From contig JAFUBA010000007.1 of assembly GCA_017460395.1 (NCBI GenBank), forward strand, positions 7,652-71,651: 64,000 nt of DNA, in the 5' to 3' direction. The position numbers and the translations under genes were made by a program. Origin of the DNA: Clostridia bacterium (GTDB taxonomy: Bacteria; Bacillota; Clostridia; Christensenellales; Aristaeellaceae). Below are positions 1 through 9,704 of the stretch, piece by piece (positions within the stretch are counted from its first letter, which is position 1; the number at the start of each line of letters is the position of its first letter). The notes below the pieces were generated by a model, which was given only the letters and a program-made list of their open reading frames with translations, did not search any database and had not been told where the DNA came from.

Positions 1-2
1 AG

Positions 3-824
3 AACAGCTACAACTTTGTGGACGGCTCCATGGATATCTCAAAGGGGATCCCGGAGGATGCGCAGGGCAGGCTTCTGGAGATTCGGCTGCGCGGACAGCT
101 GACCGTGGCTACGGAGCCCTACTTTCCCCCGCAGGAATTCCTGGATCCGTCAAAGGAAGGCCAGGAGCAGTTTCAGGGAGCAGACATGGAGCTTGCACGG
201 TACATCGCAGAGAAGATGGGCGTGGAGCTGGTCATTGTCCCATTGGAGTTTTCCGATGCCCTCGAGCAGGTGGCGGAGGGGACCTATGATCTTGCCATCT
301 CAGGCCTTGCCTTCACGCCCGCCCGCGCAGACATGCTCACCATGTCCAAGGGCTACCACTATCCCGCCGATCCCGACACCAACGGCCTGATGGTCCGCAC
401 TTCCGATCTTGACAGCATTCAGCGCATCTCGGATCTTTCAAGTCTCAATATCGCCGCCCAGTCCGGCTCTCTGCAGGAGACCATCGGGGCGGACAACATC
501 TTCATGTACCATGAGTTCATCCGCTATTCCTCCATCCAGGACGTGTATGACGCCCTGACGCTTGGCCGCGCAGATGTGGCCGTGGTGGATCTTGAGACCG
601 CGCAGGACTATATCGCCCGCAATCCCGCCTGCGGCCTGTCCATCCTTCCCTTCGTCCGCTTCTCCCTGGCCGAGCAGTACCTGGGTGACCGGGTCGCGGC
701 CAAAAAAGGCGAGGTGGAGCTGATGTACTTCGTCAACGGAGTGATTGATGAGCTCCTGGAGAGCGGAGCCTATGAAACCTGGTTTCAGACCTGTGCTGAC
801 TATGCGGCCAGTCTGACACGCTGA
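3..824 (+). CDS. Family-3 solute-binding protein (amino-acid ABC type), 5'-partial
   Basis: The frame is open to the window start. LTVATEPYFPPQEFLD and DLAISGLAFTPARAD resemble SBP_bac_3 proteins. No N-terminal signal peptide is visible, so the gene is probably truncated by the window edge. Confidence 0.7.
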   Translation, partial: NSYNFVDGSMDISKGIPEDAQGRLLEIRLRGQLTVATEPYFPPQEFLDPSKEGQEQFQGADMELARYIAEKMGVELVIVPLEFSDALEQVAEGTYDLAISGLAFTPARADMLTMSKGYHYPADPDTNGLMVRTSDLDSIQRISDLSSLNIAAQSGSLQETIGADNIFMYHEFIRYSSIQDVYDALTLGRADVAVVDLETAQDYIARNPACGLSILPFVRFSLAEQYLGDRVAAKKGEVELMYFVNGVIDELLESGAYETWFQTCADYAASLTR

Positions 825-852
825 GCACACTTCCAGGAAAGGAGGTCAGGAC

Positions 853-3800
853 ATGAGCACAAAGGAAAGCCCAAAGAAAAAACAGGCGACCTATCACCAC
901 AAGAGCTATCTGACATGGAAAACACTGCCCACAGTGCTCTTCACCATCTTCTGCGTGGCCCTCAACTGTCTCGGGCATCTTCTGGTCCATACGGTCGACT
1001 TTCTGCCCTTCAAGGCGGTCTGGTTCGACTCCCTTGGCACCATCTTCTGTGCCTATGTGACCGGTCCCCTCGGCGGTGCCATCGTGGGCGGAACCAGCAA
1101 CTTCATTTCCTCCATGTTTGATTTCAGCTCCGTGAACTATGCGCCCACCAGTATTGTCATCGGCATCGTGGTGGGTCTGATCTGCCGCAAAAGTCCCGTT
1201 GACCGCCTGCCCGGCATGATGCAGGCCGCCTTTGTGACGGCCATCGTCTCAGCCGCCGTCTCCACCCCCATCAATATGCTCACAAACGACGGGATGGTGG
1301 GCACCGTGGTCGGGGACGGTGTGATCGAGTTTTTTAAAGAGCTTGCTTTTCCTCAGCTTCTGTCCTGCTTCCTCGGGCAGCTCTACATGGATTTCGGCGA
1401 CAAGCTGATCACCCTCCTGATCCTCTACCTGTCCATTCATCTCTTTCGAATGATCGCCCCCCGTGTGCTGAAAAAGCGCAGGGGCACGGAGGAAGAAAAA
1501 CAGACTGCGGCAAGTGCGCCTGCAGACGGCCATCCGGCCGCGGCCACGGCCGCCGTGTCGGCACTCCTGGTCTGTCTTCTTGCCGTCCCCGCCCCGGCCC
1601 CGGCCGAGGGTACACAGGCAGACTACAATGACTACGTCCAGACCGTCTATTCCAGCCACAACGGCCTGCCCTGCGGGGAGGCCAACGACATCGCCATGAC
1701 CAATGACGGTGTACTCTGGATCGGCACCTATGCAGGTCTGTACCGCTACAACGGCAGGGAATTCCGCTGGGTGGACTACTATGACTCTGTGCGCAATGTC
1801 AACTGCCTGTATGTGGACCACGAGGGCAGACTGTGGATCGGCACCAACGACATGGGCCTGTCCATTGCAATCCGGGAAAACATTGTCAATGTCCTGGACT
1901 CCTCCACCGGCCTTCCCTCCGACTCTGTCAGGTCCATCATCGAGTCATCGGACGGATACTACTATGTGGGCACCACATCCGGTATGCAGATCCTGCAGAT
2001 GAACGACGGACTCAAGCGTCTGAGCACCCTCTCCGAGGTCCACTATGCGGACAATATCACAGCCGATGGGGATGGCCATGTGGCAGCCATCGCCTCTGAC
2101 GGGCGCATCTTCCTGATGCAGCGCGGCCGTATCCTCTCCTCCCTCCGTCTGCTCTCGGACACAGAGGTCTTCAACTGCTGCGCCTTCGATGAGGACGACC
2201 GCCTCCTTGTTGGCACTTCCTCCAACCATATCTATATCTACGATATCTCCGACGGTTCCTTCCGGGAGACGGAGGTCATCACCTGCGAGGGTGTCAGCAG
2301 CATCAACAACCTGAATTTCCTGGACGAGTCCACCATCTTTGTCTCCACAGACAGCGGGGTAGGATACCTCGATCAGGCGAAAACCTTCCATCCTGTCAAC
2401 ACCAATTCCTTCAACAACTCCATCGACAACATGATCGTGGACTACCAGGGGAATCTCTGGTTTACCTCCTCCCGGCTGGGTCTTCTGCGCCTTGCGCCTT
2501 CCGCCTTCCGGGATGTATACGGCACGATTGGCATGGACCGGCGCGTGGTCAACACCGTCGTCTTCTGGCAGGGCAGCTACCTCATCGGCACCGATAAGGG
2601 CCTGGACATCGTGGACGAGAGTTGCCGCCACCAGATCCGGAACGATCTGACCGAGCTTTTCCAGGGCCAGCGCATCCGCTGCATGATGGTCGATTCCTTT
2701 GATCACCTGTGGGTGTGCAGCTACAGTAACGGTCTGACCGAGATCGCCCCGGACCTCACCTCCTGGCACTATAACGCCGACAGCGGCTCCTTCGGCAACC
2801 GCGCGCGCATGGTGACCCAGCTCCGGGATGGCACGGTCCTGGCCGCCGGTGATACCGGCATCTCCTACATTTCGGATCATGAGATTCTCAAGACCATCCG
2901 ATACGAGGACGGGCTCATCAACTCCATGATCCTGACCCTCACCGAGATGGACGACGGCACGATCCTGGCAGGCACGGACGGGGACGGCATTGCCGTTTTG
3001 CGGGACCGGAAGGTCGAATCCATGCTGACCCGCGATGACGGTCTTCCCTCCGGCGTCATTCTCCGCACAGTCCTGGATCCCAAGGGAAACGGCGTCTTCG
3101 TGGTCACAAGCAACAGCCTGTGCTATCTTGAGCCTGACGGCACCATCCGGACCTTCGATGCGTTCCCCTATTTCAATAACTACGATGTCTTCCCCCGGGA
3201 CGAGAACACCCTCATGGTCATGAGCAGTGCCGGCATCTATGTGGTGGACCGGGATGAGCTGATGGCCGGCGGGGAAATCAGCTGGGAGCTTCTGGACGCA
3301 AAGAGCGGCCTGAACAGCGCGCTGACAGCCAATTCATGGAACTGGTGCAGCGAAAACGGGGATCTGTTCCTCCCCTGCGATACGGGTGTATACATCATCG
3401 ACACCCACAATTTTGACAGCTCCGCCCGCAACTACAGAATCTCCATGTCCGGCATCCGGCTGGACAATGAGGTTCAGCCGCTCCGGCGGACAGACAGCCT
3501 GACGGTGAGCAGGGATGTCAGCCGCATTGAGCTCTTCCCCGAGATCCTCAACTACACGATCCGCGACCCCATGGTCGCCTACATGCTGGATGGCTTTGAC
3601 GAGGACTGGACCACAGTCTCCCAGAGCGAACTGACCAGTGTGAGCTACACAAACCTCTCCGCCGGCACCTACACCTTCCGGCTGCGGGTGCTTGGGAATG
3701 ACGATGGCGGGGAGGACAGATATCTCGGCTCCCTCGACTATACCCTGGTCAAAAAGAGCGAGATCTACGACTCTCCGCTGTTTCTCTGGTACATCGTCAT

Positions 3801-4620
3801 CCTCATGATCCTCTTCTTTGTCTGGGGCTCCGGCATCTTCATGACCAAGCGGATCCAGAAGGCGGAGCAGAAGACACAGATGGAAAAGGCCAGACGGCGG
3901 GAAGCCGAGAAACAGGCACGCCAGGCCACCAACATCATTCTCTCCATCGCCACCCTTGTGGACGCAAAGGACGGCCTGACCAGCAACCACTCAAAGCGCG
4001 TGGCCAACTATTCCAGAATGCTGGGTGAAAAGCTGGGATTCTCTGAAAAGGAATGCAATAACCTGTTCAACGCGGCCCTTCTCCACGACATCGGCAAGGT
4101 CGGCATCCCCGACAGCATCCTGAACAAGGACTCGCGCCTGACGGACGAGGAGTACGCTACCATGAAGAGCCACGTCGTCACCGGCGGCAAGGTGCTGGCC
4201 AGCTTCGACATGATCCCCCACGTCATGGAGGGCGCGAAGTACCACCACGAGCGCTACGACGGCCGTGGGTATCCGGATCACCTCAAGGGCGAGGAGATCC
4301 CGGAGTATGGGCGGATCATCGGCGTGTGCGATGCCTTTGATGCCATGACAGCCAACCGCGTCTACCGCGGACAGATGGACTGGGACTATGTGCTCAGCGA
4401 GCTCAAAAAGGGCCGGGGCACACAGTTCGATCCCAACTTCGTGGACGCCTTCCTGGAGCTGATCGACGAGGGCAAGATCGACCTGAAAGGGATCTATCAG
4501 AACCACGGAGCCGATCTTGAAAAGTACACTCAGAAGACCTTTGAGGAAAACATCCGGCGGCAGAGGGAGACAGCCGTGATGCTTGCTACCGATGAGGAGA
4601 AGGGAGGCAGCAGAAAATGA
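853..4620 (+). CDS. Multidomain membrane receptor: polytopic N-terminal TM domain, beta-propeller (Reg_prop-like) repeats, Y_Y_Y-like domain, TM helix, HD-GYP phosphohydrolase domain
   Basis: HD motif LLHDIGKVGIPDSILNK and GYP motif HHERYDGRGYP lie at the C-terminus. Repeated WIGT/LWIGT/LWV propeller-like blades are present. A TM helix (LFLWYIVILMILFFVWGSGIF) precedes the HD-GYP domain, and the N-terminal 200 aa are hydrophobic. Confidence 0.8.
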   Translation: MSTKESPKKKQATYHHKSYLTWKTLPTVLFTIFCVALNCLGHLLVHTVDFLPFKAVWFDSLGTIFCAYVTGPLGGAIVGGTSNFISSMFDFSSVNYAPTSIVIGIVVGLICRKSPVDRLPGMMQAAFVTAIVSAAVSTPINMLTNDGMVGTVVGDGVIEFFKELAFPQLLSCFLGQLYMDFGDKLITLLILYLSIHLFRMIAPRVLKKRRGTEEEKQTAASAPADGHPAAATAAVSALLVCLLAVPAPAPAEGTQADYNDYVQTVYSSHNGLPCGEANDIAMTNDGVLWIGTYAGLYRYNGREFRWVDYYDSVRNVNCLYVDHEGRLWIGTNDMGLSIAIRENIVNVLDSSTGLPSDSVRSIIESSDGYYYVGTTSGMQILQMNDGLKRLSTLSEVHYADNITADGDGHVAAIASDGRIFLMQRGRILSSLRLLSDTEVFNCCAFDEDDRLLVGTSSNHIYIYDISDGSFRETEVITCEGVSSINNLNFLDESTIFVSTDSGVGYLDQAKTFHPVNTNSFNNSIDNMIVDYQGNLWFTSSRLGLLRLAPSAFRDVYGTIGMDRRVVNTVVFWQGSYLIGTDKGLDIVDESCRHQIRNDLTELFQGQRIRCMMVDSFDHLWVCSYSNGLTEIAPDLTSWHYNADSGSFGNRARMVTQLRDGTVLAAGDTGISYISDHEILKTIRYEDGLINSMILTLTEMDDGTILAGTDGDGIAVLRDRKVESMLTRDDGLPSGVILRTVLDPKGNGVFVVTSNSLCYLEPDGTIRTFDAFPYFNNYDVFPRDENTLMVMSSAGIYVVDRDELMAGGEISWELLDAKSGLNSALTANSWNWCSENGDLFLPCDTGVYIIDTHNFDSSARNYRISMSGIRLDNEVQPLRRTDSLTVSRDVSRIELFPEILNYTIRDPMVAYMLDGFDEDWTTVSQSELTSVSYTNLSAGTYTFRLRVLGNDDGGEDRYLGSLDYTLVKKSEIYDSPLFLWYIVILMILFFVWGSGIFMTKRIQKAEQKTQMEKARRREAEKQARQATNIILSIATLVDAKDGLTSNHSKRVANYSRMLGEKLGFSEKECNNLFNAALLHDIGKVGIPDSILNKDSRLTDEEYATMKSHVVTGGKVLASFDMIPHVMEGAKYHHERYDGRGYPDHLKGEEIPEYGRIIGVCDAFDAMTANRVYRGQMDWDYVLSELKKGRGTQFDPNFVDAFLELIDEGKIDLKGIYQNHGADLEKYTQKTFEENIRRQRETAVMLATDEEKGGSRK

Positions 4621-5813
4621 AGGGAAAACAGCACCTGATCATTCTCCTCACCTGCCTGGTCCTGCTGGGCCTCTCCTTTTCCGCCCGGCGGTTTTATCAG
4701 GTTGTGCCCGACATGGAAGCCATCCACGTGGGACTCATCTATGAAAACGATGAGACGACGCCCTACACCTACAACTTTTCCCTGGTCCAGGACGCCCTGG
4801 CGGAAACATACGGAGACCGCGTGAAGATCACGGTGCACAGCAACATCCGCGATGCCGCGATGGAGGAGCCGCTGGTCAGCCTTGTGCGGGCAGGCTGTGA
4901 CATCATCTTCACCAACAGCTACTCTGAGATTTTCAAGAAAGTCGCAGCGGACTACCCTGAGGTCCAGTTCTGCCAGACCAGCTACACCTCGGTCCCGGAC
5001 CTGGATCCCCCGGACAACTACCACACCTTCAAGGGAGAACTGTACCAGGCGCATTATGTGGCAGGCATCTGTGCAGGATATAAGCTGAGGGGCATGCTGG
5101 AGAGCGGTGAGATCACGGAGAATCAGGCAAAGATCGGCTTTGTGGGTGCCCTGCCCACCTCCGAGGTCATCACCAGTTTCACCGCCCTGCTCCTCGGTGC
5201 CCGGTCTGTCTGCCCCGCAGCCACCCTCACAGTCAAATACACCGGGGTCTGGAGCAACTACAGTCTGGAAAGAAAATGTGCCATGGACCTTCTCGATGAG
5301 GGCTGCACGATCCTCTCCCAGTTCACGGATACCATCGGTCCCGCGGTGGCCTGCGAGGAATACTATGCCCTCCGGCCCGTGTACCATGTGAACATCCACC
5401 AGGACATGTCCTATATTGCCCCATCGGTGAGCATCTGCGGCGCCCGCGTCAACTGGGTTCCCTATGTTCTCCAGGCGGTGGAGGCCGTGATGACCCACAG
5501 GGAGATTGAGCAGGTGGTGCAGGGAACTGCCTTCGGGCACGACATGACCGCAGGCTTTGACCAGGACTGGGTAACCCTGATTCCCCCGAAGGACGGCATA
5601 CTCCCGGAGAAAGCCCTGGATGCCATAGACAGCGCCATCTCGCAGCTGGCAAAGGGCAGAAAGGACAATATCTTCCGCGGAAACTATACAGGTGTAAATC
5701 CGGATGACCCCTCAGACACGATCTCACTCCTGAGCGGCTACACGGAGAACACCGCATCCTCCTTCCCTTCCTTCCACTATATCCTCAGTGACATCATCAC
5801 CATTGAAGACTGA
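4617..5813 (+). CDS. BMP-family (PnrA/Med-like) ABC substrate-binding lipoprotein
   Basis: Has an N-terminal signal/anchor (LIILLTCLVLLGLSF) and KIGFVGALPTSEVITSFTALLLGARSV, typical of BMP family proteins. Its ATG overlaps the upstream stop (ATGA at 4617-4620). Confidence 0.7.
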   Translation: MKGKQHLIILLTCLVLLGLSFSARRFYQVVPDMEAIHVGLIYENDETTPYTYNFSLVQDALAETYGDRVKITVHSNIRDAAMEEPLVSLVRAGCDIIFTNSYSEIFKKVAADYPEVQFCQTSYTSVPDLDPPDNYHTFKGELYQAHYVAGICAGYKLRGMLESGEITENQAKIGFVGALPTSEVITSFTALLLGARSVCPAATLTVKYTGVWSNYSLERKCAMDLLDEGCTILSQFTDTIGPAVACEEYYALRPVYHVNIHQDMSYIAPSVSICGARVNWVPYVLQAVEAVMTHREIEQVVQGTAFGHDMTAGFDQDWVTLIPPKDGILPEKALDAIDSAISQLAKGRKDNIFRGNYTGVNPDDPSDTISLLSGYTENTASSFPSFHYILSDIITIED

Positions 5814-5820
5814 AGAGCAG

Positions 5821-5866
5821 AAAAGCTGCCCGGAAGATCTTGCATGATCTTCCGGGCAGCTTTTTA
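5821..5866. terminator. Bidirectional intrinsic terminator between convergent genes
   Basis: Perfect 19-bp stem (5821-5839 pairs with 5846-5864) with a 6-nt loop, an A-tract on one side and a T-tract on the other. Confidence 0.85.
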
Positions 5867-5868
5867 CG

Positions 5869-6540
5869 TCATTCTTCTCCCTGGGTGATGCATATGGAGC
5901 ACGGGGCATACCGCTCTGCCTCGTCCACCCTCAGGCGACGAAGCTCTCTTCCCTGCACGGCCGTGCAGTCCTTCAGGTGATACTTTGTCCCCGTGCGCGT
6001 CACATAGTACTCGCCAAAGTAGCTGGCCTGCTGCCGCTTATAGGCATATAAGAGGGTGCCTCCCGTGAGCAGCACGACCATGGCAAGACCTGCAAGGAAT
6101 GCGCGGGCGTGGGCGCGCACGGTGCACTCCAGGCGCAGCATCCATGACGGGTTCAGCAGATAGTGTGCGAACTCGTTGGCCTCATACTCCTCCACGGGTG
6201 AGTCGGCTGATGTGCCCTCCATGTGGTGCATCCGCACATGCCCAAGCTCGTGGGCGAGGACGAGGCGCTTTTCCTCATTGTCCAGGCGGTCCGTCAAAAG
6301 CACCAGGCGGATATCTCCCTGGCGAAAGGTCACAGACTGCTCCCGCGAGACGATATCCTCCACACCAAGTTCCGCCGCCAGCGCCTGGACGGCTGTCTTT
6401 GCGGGATTGTAGGGCATGATCCGGTAGCCGTCGCGCCGCAGGGCGGCCTCCAGGCCTTCCAGCGAAATGCTCCCGCTCTTCAATTCCCGCAGGACACGGG
6501 CTGCTTCCCGCTTCGCTTCATTCGAGCGAATCCGGTTCAT
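5869..6540 (-). CDS. ImmA/IrrE-family zinc metallopeptidase with a TM helix and a C-terminal Ada-like His-Cys3 zinc module
   Basis: HEXXH in LVLAHELGHVRMHH plus a downstream EEYEANEFAHYLL. Hydrophobic helix AFLAGLAMVVLLTGGTLLYAY. C-terminus is TGTKYHLKDC...YAPCSIC. Overlaps the upstream XRE gene by 23 nt. Confidence 0.75.
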   Translation of the reverse strand: MNRIRSNEAKREAARVLRELKSGSISLEGLEAALRRDGYRIMPYNPAKTAVQALAAELGVEDIVSREQSVTFRQGDIRLVLLTDRLDNEEKRLVLAHELGHVRMHHMEGTSADSPVEEYEANEFAHYLLNPSWMLRLECTVRAHARAFLAGLAMVVLLTGGTLLYAYKRQQASYFGEYYVTRTGTKYHLKDCTAVQGRELRRLRVDEAERYAPCSICITQGEE

Positions 6541-6970
6541 CCAAGACCTGCCTTATCAGTTCCTTGATGTGTTCATCATCCCGGCGGTTGGCATAGCCGA
6601 TGCCGCCAAAGCCCTTGACCGCACCCTTGTGTTTTTCAGCGGGCTTTGCGCCCTTCTCCCGGCATCTGTCATATTCCATATCCAGGACGGTGCGCACCGT
6701 GTGCTGGCCGGTCTTGTCCAGGGTCTGGAGCTTTTCGCAGATGTCATGATACTCCCGGCTGAAGAGAATCAGGTCATCATCAAAGCTTTCCCTGATATTC
6801 AGCATTCCGAGAATCTTGGTCACAGTCCCATAGGCCGTGCCGCCGATGCCCTTGGCGAGCGCCGCAGAGAGTGTGCTGTAGGGAATCTTGCTGGCAACGG
6901 AGAACCGCTTGAGACTGCCGTACTGCTTCAGGATCTCATCCTTGATGATCTGTGTAATGCTGTCGGTCAT
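6518..6970 (-). CDS. XRE-family helix-turn-helix transcriptional regulator
   Basis: N-terminal HTH-like segment RFSVASKIPYSTLSAALAKG. The genetic pairing with an ImmA-type peptidase is typical of XRE/ImmA modules. Confidence 0.7.
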   Translation of the reverse strand: MTDSITQIIKDEILKQYGSLKRFSVASKIPYSTLSAALAKGIGGTAYGTVTKILGMLNIRESFDDDLILFSREYHDICEKLQTLDKTGQHTVRTVLDMEYDRCREKGAKPAEKHKGAVKGFGGIGYANRRDDEHIKELIRQVLDEPDSLE

Positions 6971-7043
6971 GTCAACTGCCTCTTTCCTTGATCGTTTTGG
7001 GATTGTCTGTGATGCCGGATACTGTCTAAGATATGCTCTCTGC

Positions 7044-7772
7044 TCAAGACCTCAAAAACCGCTTCAGCTTTGACTCGTGGTAGCTGATCGTCACCTGGTC
7101 CTCCCGCTTGAACACGCGCCCCCGCTTCGGTGCCCTGCCCCCGATGGTCACACTGATCACCTGTCCCGATTTGGAGGACAGCGGTGTGAGGATATCCCGC
7201 ACAGGCAGCCGCACGATCCGGGTGAAACCCAGCTCCTCAAGCCACCTGACCACATCCTCCAGATGCTCCGTTTCAGGTTCCAGCGGCCGGTCCGGCCAGA
7301 GTACTTCATCAACGCCGATGGGATCCACCAGGGCTTCCAGCTCCTCGCGCACACGCCGGTTCTTCCGCGTCAGGAACACACTGAGACCGATGGCCAGAAA
7401 GATGGGGGCAGATGACGCACCCAGCTCCCCATAGTAGATGAGACACACGATCCAGATGGCACCGATCAGAAGGCGATGACGGGTGATCTTTGCGTTCAGC
7501 TCTTTCCGGATCTCCCGGTTTTCCGCCCGCACCTGTTCAGGGCTCGGGCCCTCCATATCGCTGAATCGCATTGTTTCCGGGATGTCTTCCTGCATGTATG
7601 CCGTGTCTTCAGAAAACGGAGTCTGCGCAGGCGGAGTTTCCCATGCTTCCGGCCTCTCCTGCCAGTCCGAAGCCTTCAGGCGGCTCCGGCAGTATGGACA
7701 CACGATCTCACTGCCAGAGATTTCTGGCAGCGGTGCCGTACAGCTGGGGCATTTCTGACCTACCCAGTTCAT
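7044..7772 (-). CDS. Zinc-ribbon membrane protein of unknown function
   Basis: N-terminal CPSC...(x15)...CPYC zinc ribbon, central hydrophobic segment (LLIGAIWIVCLIYYGELGASSAPIFLAIGLSVFL), and a C-terminal domain weakly reminiscent of a PASTA-like fold. Confidence 0.55.
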   Translation of the reverse strand: MNWVGQKCPSCTAPLPEISGSEIVCPYCRSRLKASDWQERPEAWETPPAQTPFSEDTAYMQEDIPETMRFSDMEGPSPEQVRAENREIRKELNAKITRHRLLIGAIWIVCLIYYGELGASSAPIFLAIGLSVFLTRKNRRVREELEALVDPIGVDEVLWPDRPLEPETEHLEDVVRWLEELGFTRIVRLPVRDILTPLSSKSGQVISVTIGGRAPKRGRVFKREDQVTISYHESKLKRFLRS

Positions 7773-7858
7773 GGAAAACTCCCCCCTTCCATGTCGTTTT
7801 CCCGAATCATCGTCTCCATGTTTTGACGCGCAGCACCTCTGGCATCCTGTTCTTCGTC

Positions 7859-7886
7859 ATTATAATCCGAAATTTCGTTTTGTCAA
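7859..7886 (-). promoter_or_regulatory. Consensus sigma-A type promoter for the zinc-ribbon/XRE/ImmA operon
   Basis: On the minus strand, TTGACA (7886-7881), a 16-nt spacer, then TATAAT (7864-7859). This lies about 85 nt upstream of the ATG at 7772. Confidence 0.7.
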
Positions 7887-8012
7887 AAATAATGCCTGAT
7901 TCTCCCCGCACAGGTGATTCGTCCCCTGTATCGTTTCTTTCGCGGCGGTATTTTCCGTGCTATACTCGCATGGTTTCCGCCGCCCTGGCGGACAATAGAC
8001 AGGAGTGAGCGC

Positions 8013-8918
8013 ATGGGCTACATCTTTGAACTTCTCGTTGCCCTCATGTTCAGTTTTGGCGGCACCTGTGTGCAGCTGATCCGTCCCTTCTTTTCCTCCT
8101 CCATGATCACCTTCCTGCGCTTTTCCGTGGGCGTCGCCTGGCTGCTTCTTCTTAAGGCTGTACGGCGCCAGCGCATGCGGAAGGATTTTCTTTCGAACGC
8201 ATCCCTTCACTGGCCCTTCCTGCTCCTCGGTGCCGTCTCCAAGTGGTTTGCCTACCTTCTGGAGAATGCAGCACTGTCCATCGGAGTGTCCTACGGCAAC
8301 ATTCTGACCCAGCCCGCCCAGATGGTCATCCTGACCCTCCTTGGCGCCTTCCTGCTGCGCGAGATGCTCACAAAAAAGCAGGTCATCGGCGTCGTGCTGT
8401 GTGTCCTCGGCATCCTTCTCATCTCATGGAACGGCCTGAGCCTTCAGGAGATGATGCAGGGATCGCTGCTGCTGTCCCTCATGTACGTGCTCTCCGGCAT
8501 GTGTGCCGGCGTCTTCATCTTTGCACAGAAAAAGGCTGCGCCCTATTTTGACATCCTGGACAGCAACCTTTGCATGTTCACGCTTTCAGCCCTCTTTTCT
8601 CTCCCCGTTGCCTTTTTCTCGGGCGGCTTTCTGCCCGTCGCCCCGCCGGATGTGAAGTGCATCCTCGCCATCTGCTACTTCGGGTTTGTGACCGGCATCG
8701 GCTTCTACTTAAATGCCCTCGCCATGACCATGGTCCCGATGCACATGGTGGCCATCCTGCAGAGCACCATGGTATTCTTTGCGCTCCTGTGGGGCGTTCT
8801 CTTCTTCCATGAGTCCGTCAGCATCTGGATCATGATGGGCACCGTCATGTTCGTTCTCGGGATCATCCTCGGCCGCAACCAGAAGGCACAGCAGAAAGCT
8901 GCCCCCTCGCGTGCCTGA
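8013..8918 (+). CDS. EamA/DMT-family transporter
   Basis: About ten hydrophobic helices in two halves. RBS AGGAG lies 7 nt upstream of the ATG at 8013. The ORF-track start at 7914 has no RBS. Confidence 0.7.
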   Translation: MGYIFELLVALMFSFGGTCVQLIRPFFSSSMITFLRFSVGVAWLLLLKAVRRQRMRKDFLSNASLHWPFLLLGAVSKWFAYLLENAALSIGVSYGNILTQPAQMVILTLLGAFLLREMLTKKQVIGVVLCVLGILLISWNGLSLQEMMQGSLLLSLMYVLSGMCAGVFIFAQKKAAPYFDILDSNLCMFTLSALFSLPVAFFSGGFLPVAPPDVKCILAICYFGFVTGIGFYLNALAMTMVPMHMVAILQSTMVFFALLWGVLFFHESVSIWIMMGTVMFVLGIILGRNQKAQQKAAPSRA

Positions 8919-8935
8919 AAAAGGGAGGAGCTTCC

Positions 8936-9604
8936 ATGCGATACGAACCTGTCATGAGAGCCACGTTTCTGGACCGTCCCAACCGCTTCCTCGCCCGAGT
9001 CGATCTCGCCGGGGAGATCCAGACCGTCCACGTCAAAAACACCGGGCGCCTCGGTGAGCTGCTGGTGCCCGGCCGCGAGGTCATCCTGCACGCACCTCCC
9101 CCGGCAAAGAGAAAGACAGCCTATGATCTGATCGCCGTGCGCAATGGCGAGGGCAAGCTCTTTAACATCGACAGCCAGGCGCCAAACGCCGTCGTGCGCG
9201 AGTGGCTCCAGAGATCCGGTGCCAGCCAGATCCGCCCGGAGTATCCCTTTGGCACCTCCCGGATGGACTTTTCCTTCTCCATGAAGGGACGTCCCGCCAT
9301 CCTGGAGGTCAAGGGCTGCACGCTGGAGCGGGACGGCATCGGGTATTTCCCGGATGCGCCCACAGAGCGCGGCGTCCGCCATGTGCAGGAGCTGATCCAC
9401 GCCGCAGGCTCCGGCTGCCTTGCCTTTCTCGCCTTCGTCATTCAGATGGACGGAGTGCAGGAGGTGCGGCCCAACCGGGCAACGCATCCGGCCTTTGCGG
9501 ATACCATGGAGGAGGCCATCTGTGCAGGTGTCCGCGTACTCCATCTCACCTGCCACGTGGAGGAGGATACGCTTGAAATCACATCCCCCGCGCTGCAGGT
9601 GTAG
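8936..9604 (+). CDS. sfsA: Sugar fermentation stimulation protein SfsA
   Basis: ATFLDRPNRFLARVDLAGEIQTVHVKNTGRLGELL and the length of about 220 aa match the SfsA family. Confidence 0.85.
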   Translation: MRYEPVMRATFLDRPNRFLARVDLAGEIQTVHVKNTGRLGELLVPGREVILHAPPPAKRKTAYDLIAVRNGEGKLFNIDSQAPNAVVREWLQRSGASQIRPEYPFGTSRMDFSFSMKGRPAILEVKGCTLERDGIGYFPDAPTERGVRHVQELIHAAGSGCLAFLAFVIQMDGVQEVRPNRATHPAFADTMEEAICAGVRVLHLTCHVEEDTLEITSPALQV

Positions 9605-9704
9605 CATCTTTTTTGTCGCAAAACAAAAGGCCTGAGCCATCCCGGCCCGGGCCCGAAGGTGCCACCCACAAGACACATTTTTCGCGTGTCCTGCCACTGA
9701 ACGA

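Noticed and set aside
1490-1620. GC-rich Ala/Pro-coding low-complexity tract considered as a DNA repeat
   Set aside because: It lies inside the HD-GYP receptor ORF and encodes a linker (AASAPADGHPAAATAAVSALLVCLLAVPAPAPAEG) around a TM segment. There is no exact nucleotide periodicity.
5869-7772. XRE/ImmA pair as a sign of a prophage or ICE
   Set aside because: There are no integrase, excisionase, replication or structural genes nearby. Composition matches the host. Both flanks are ordinary chromosomal genes. I therefore treated it as a stand-alone module.
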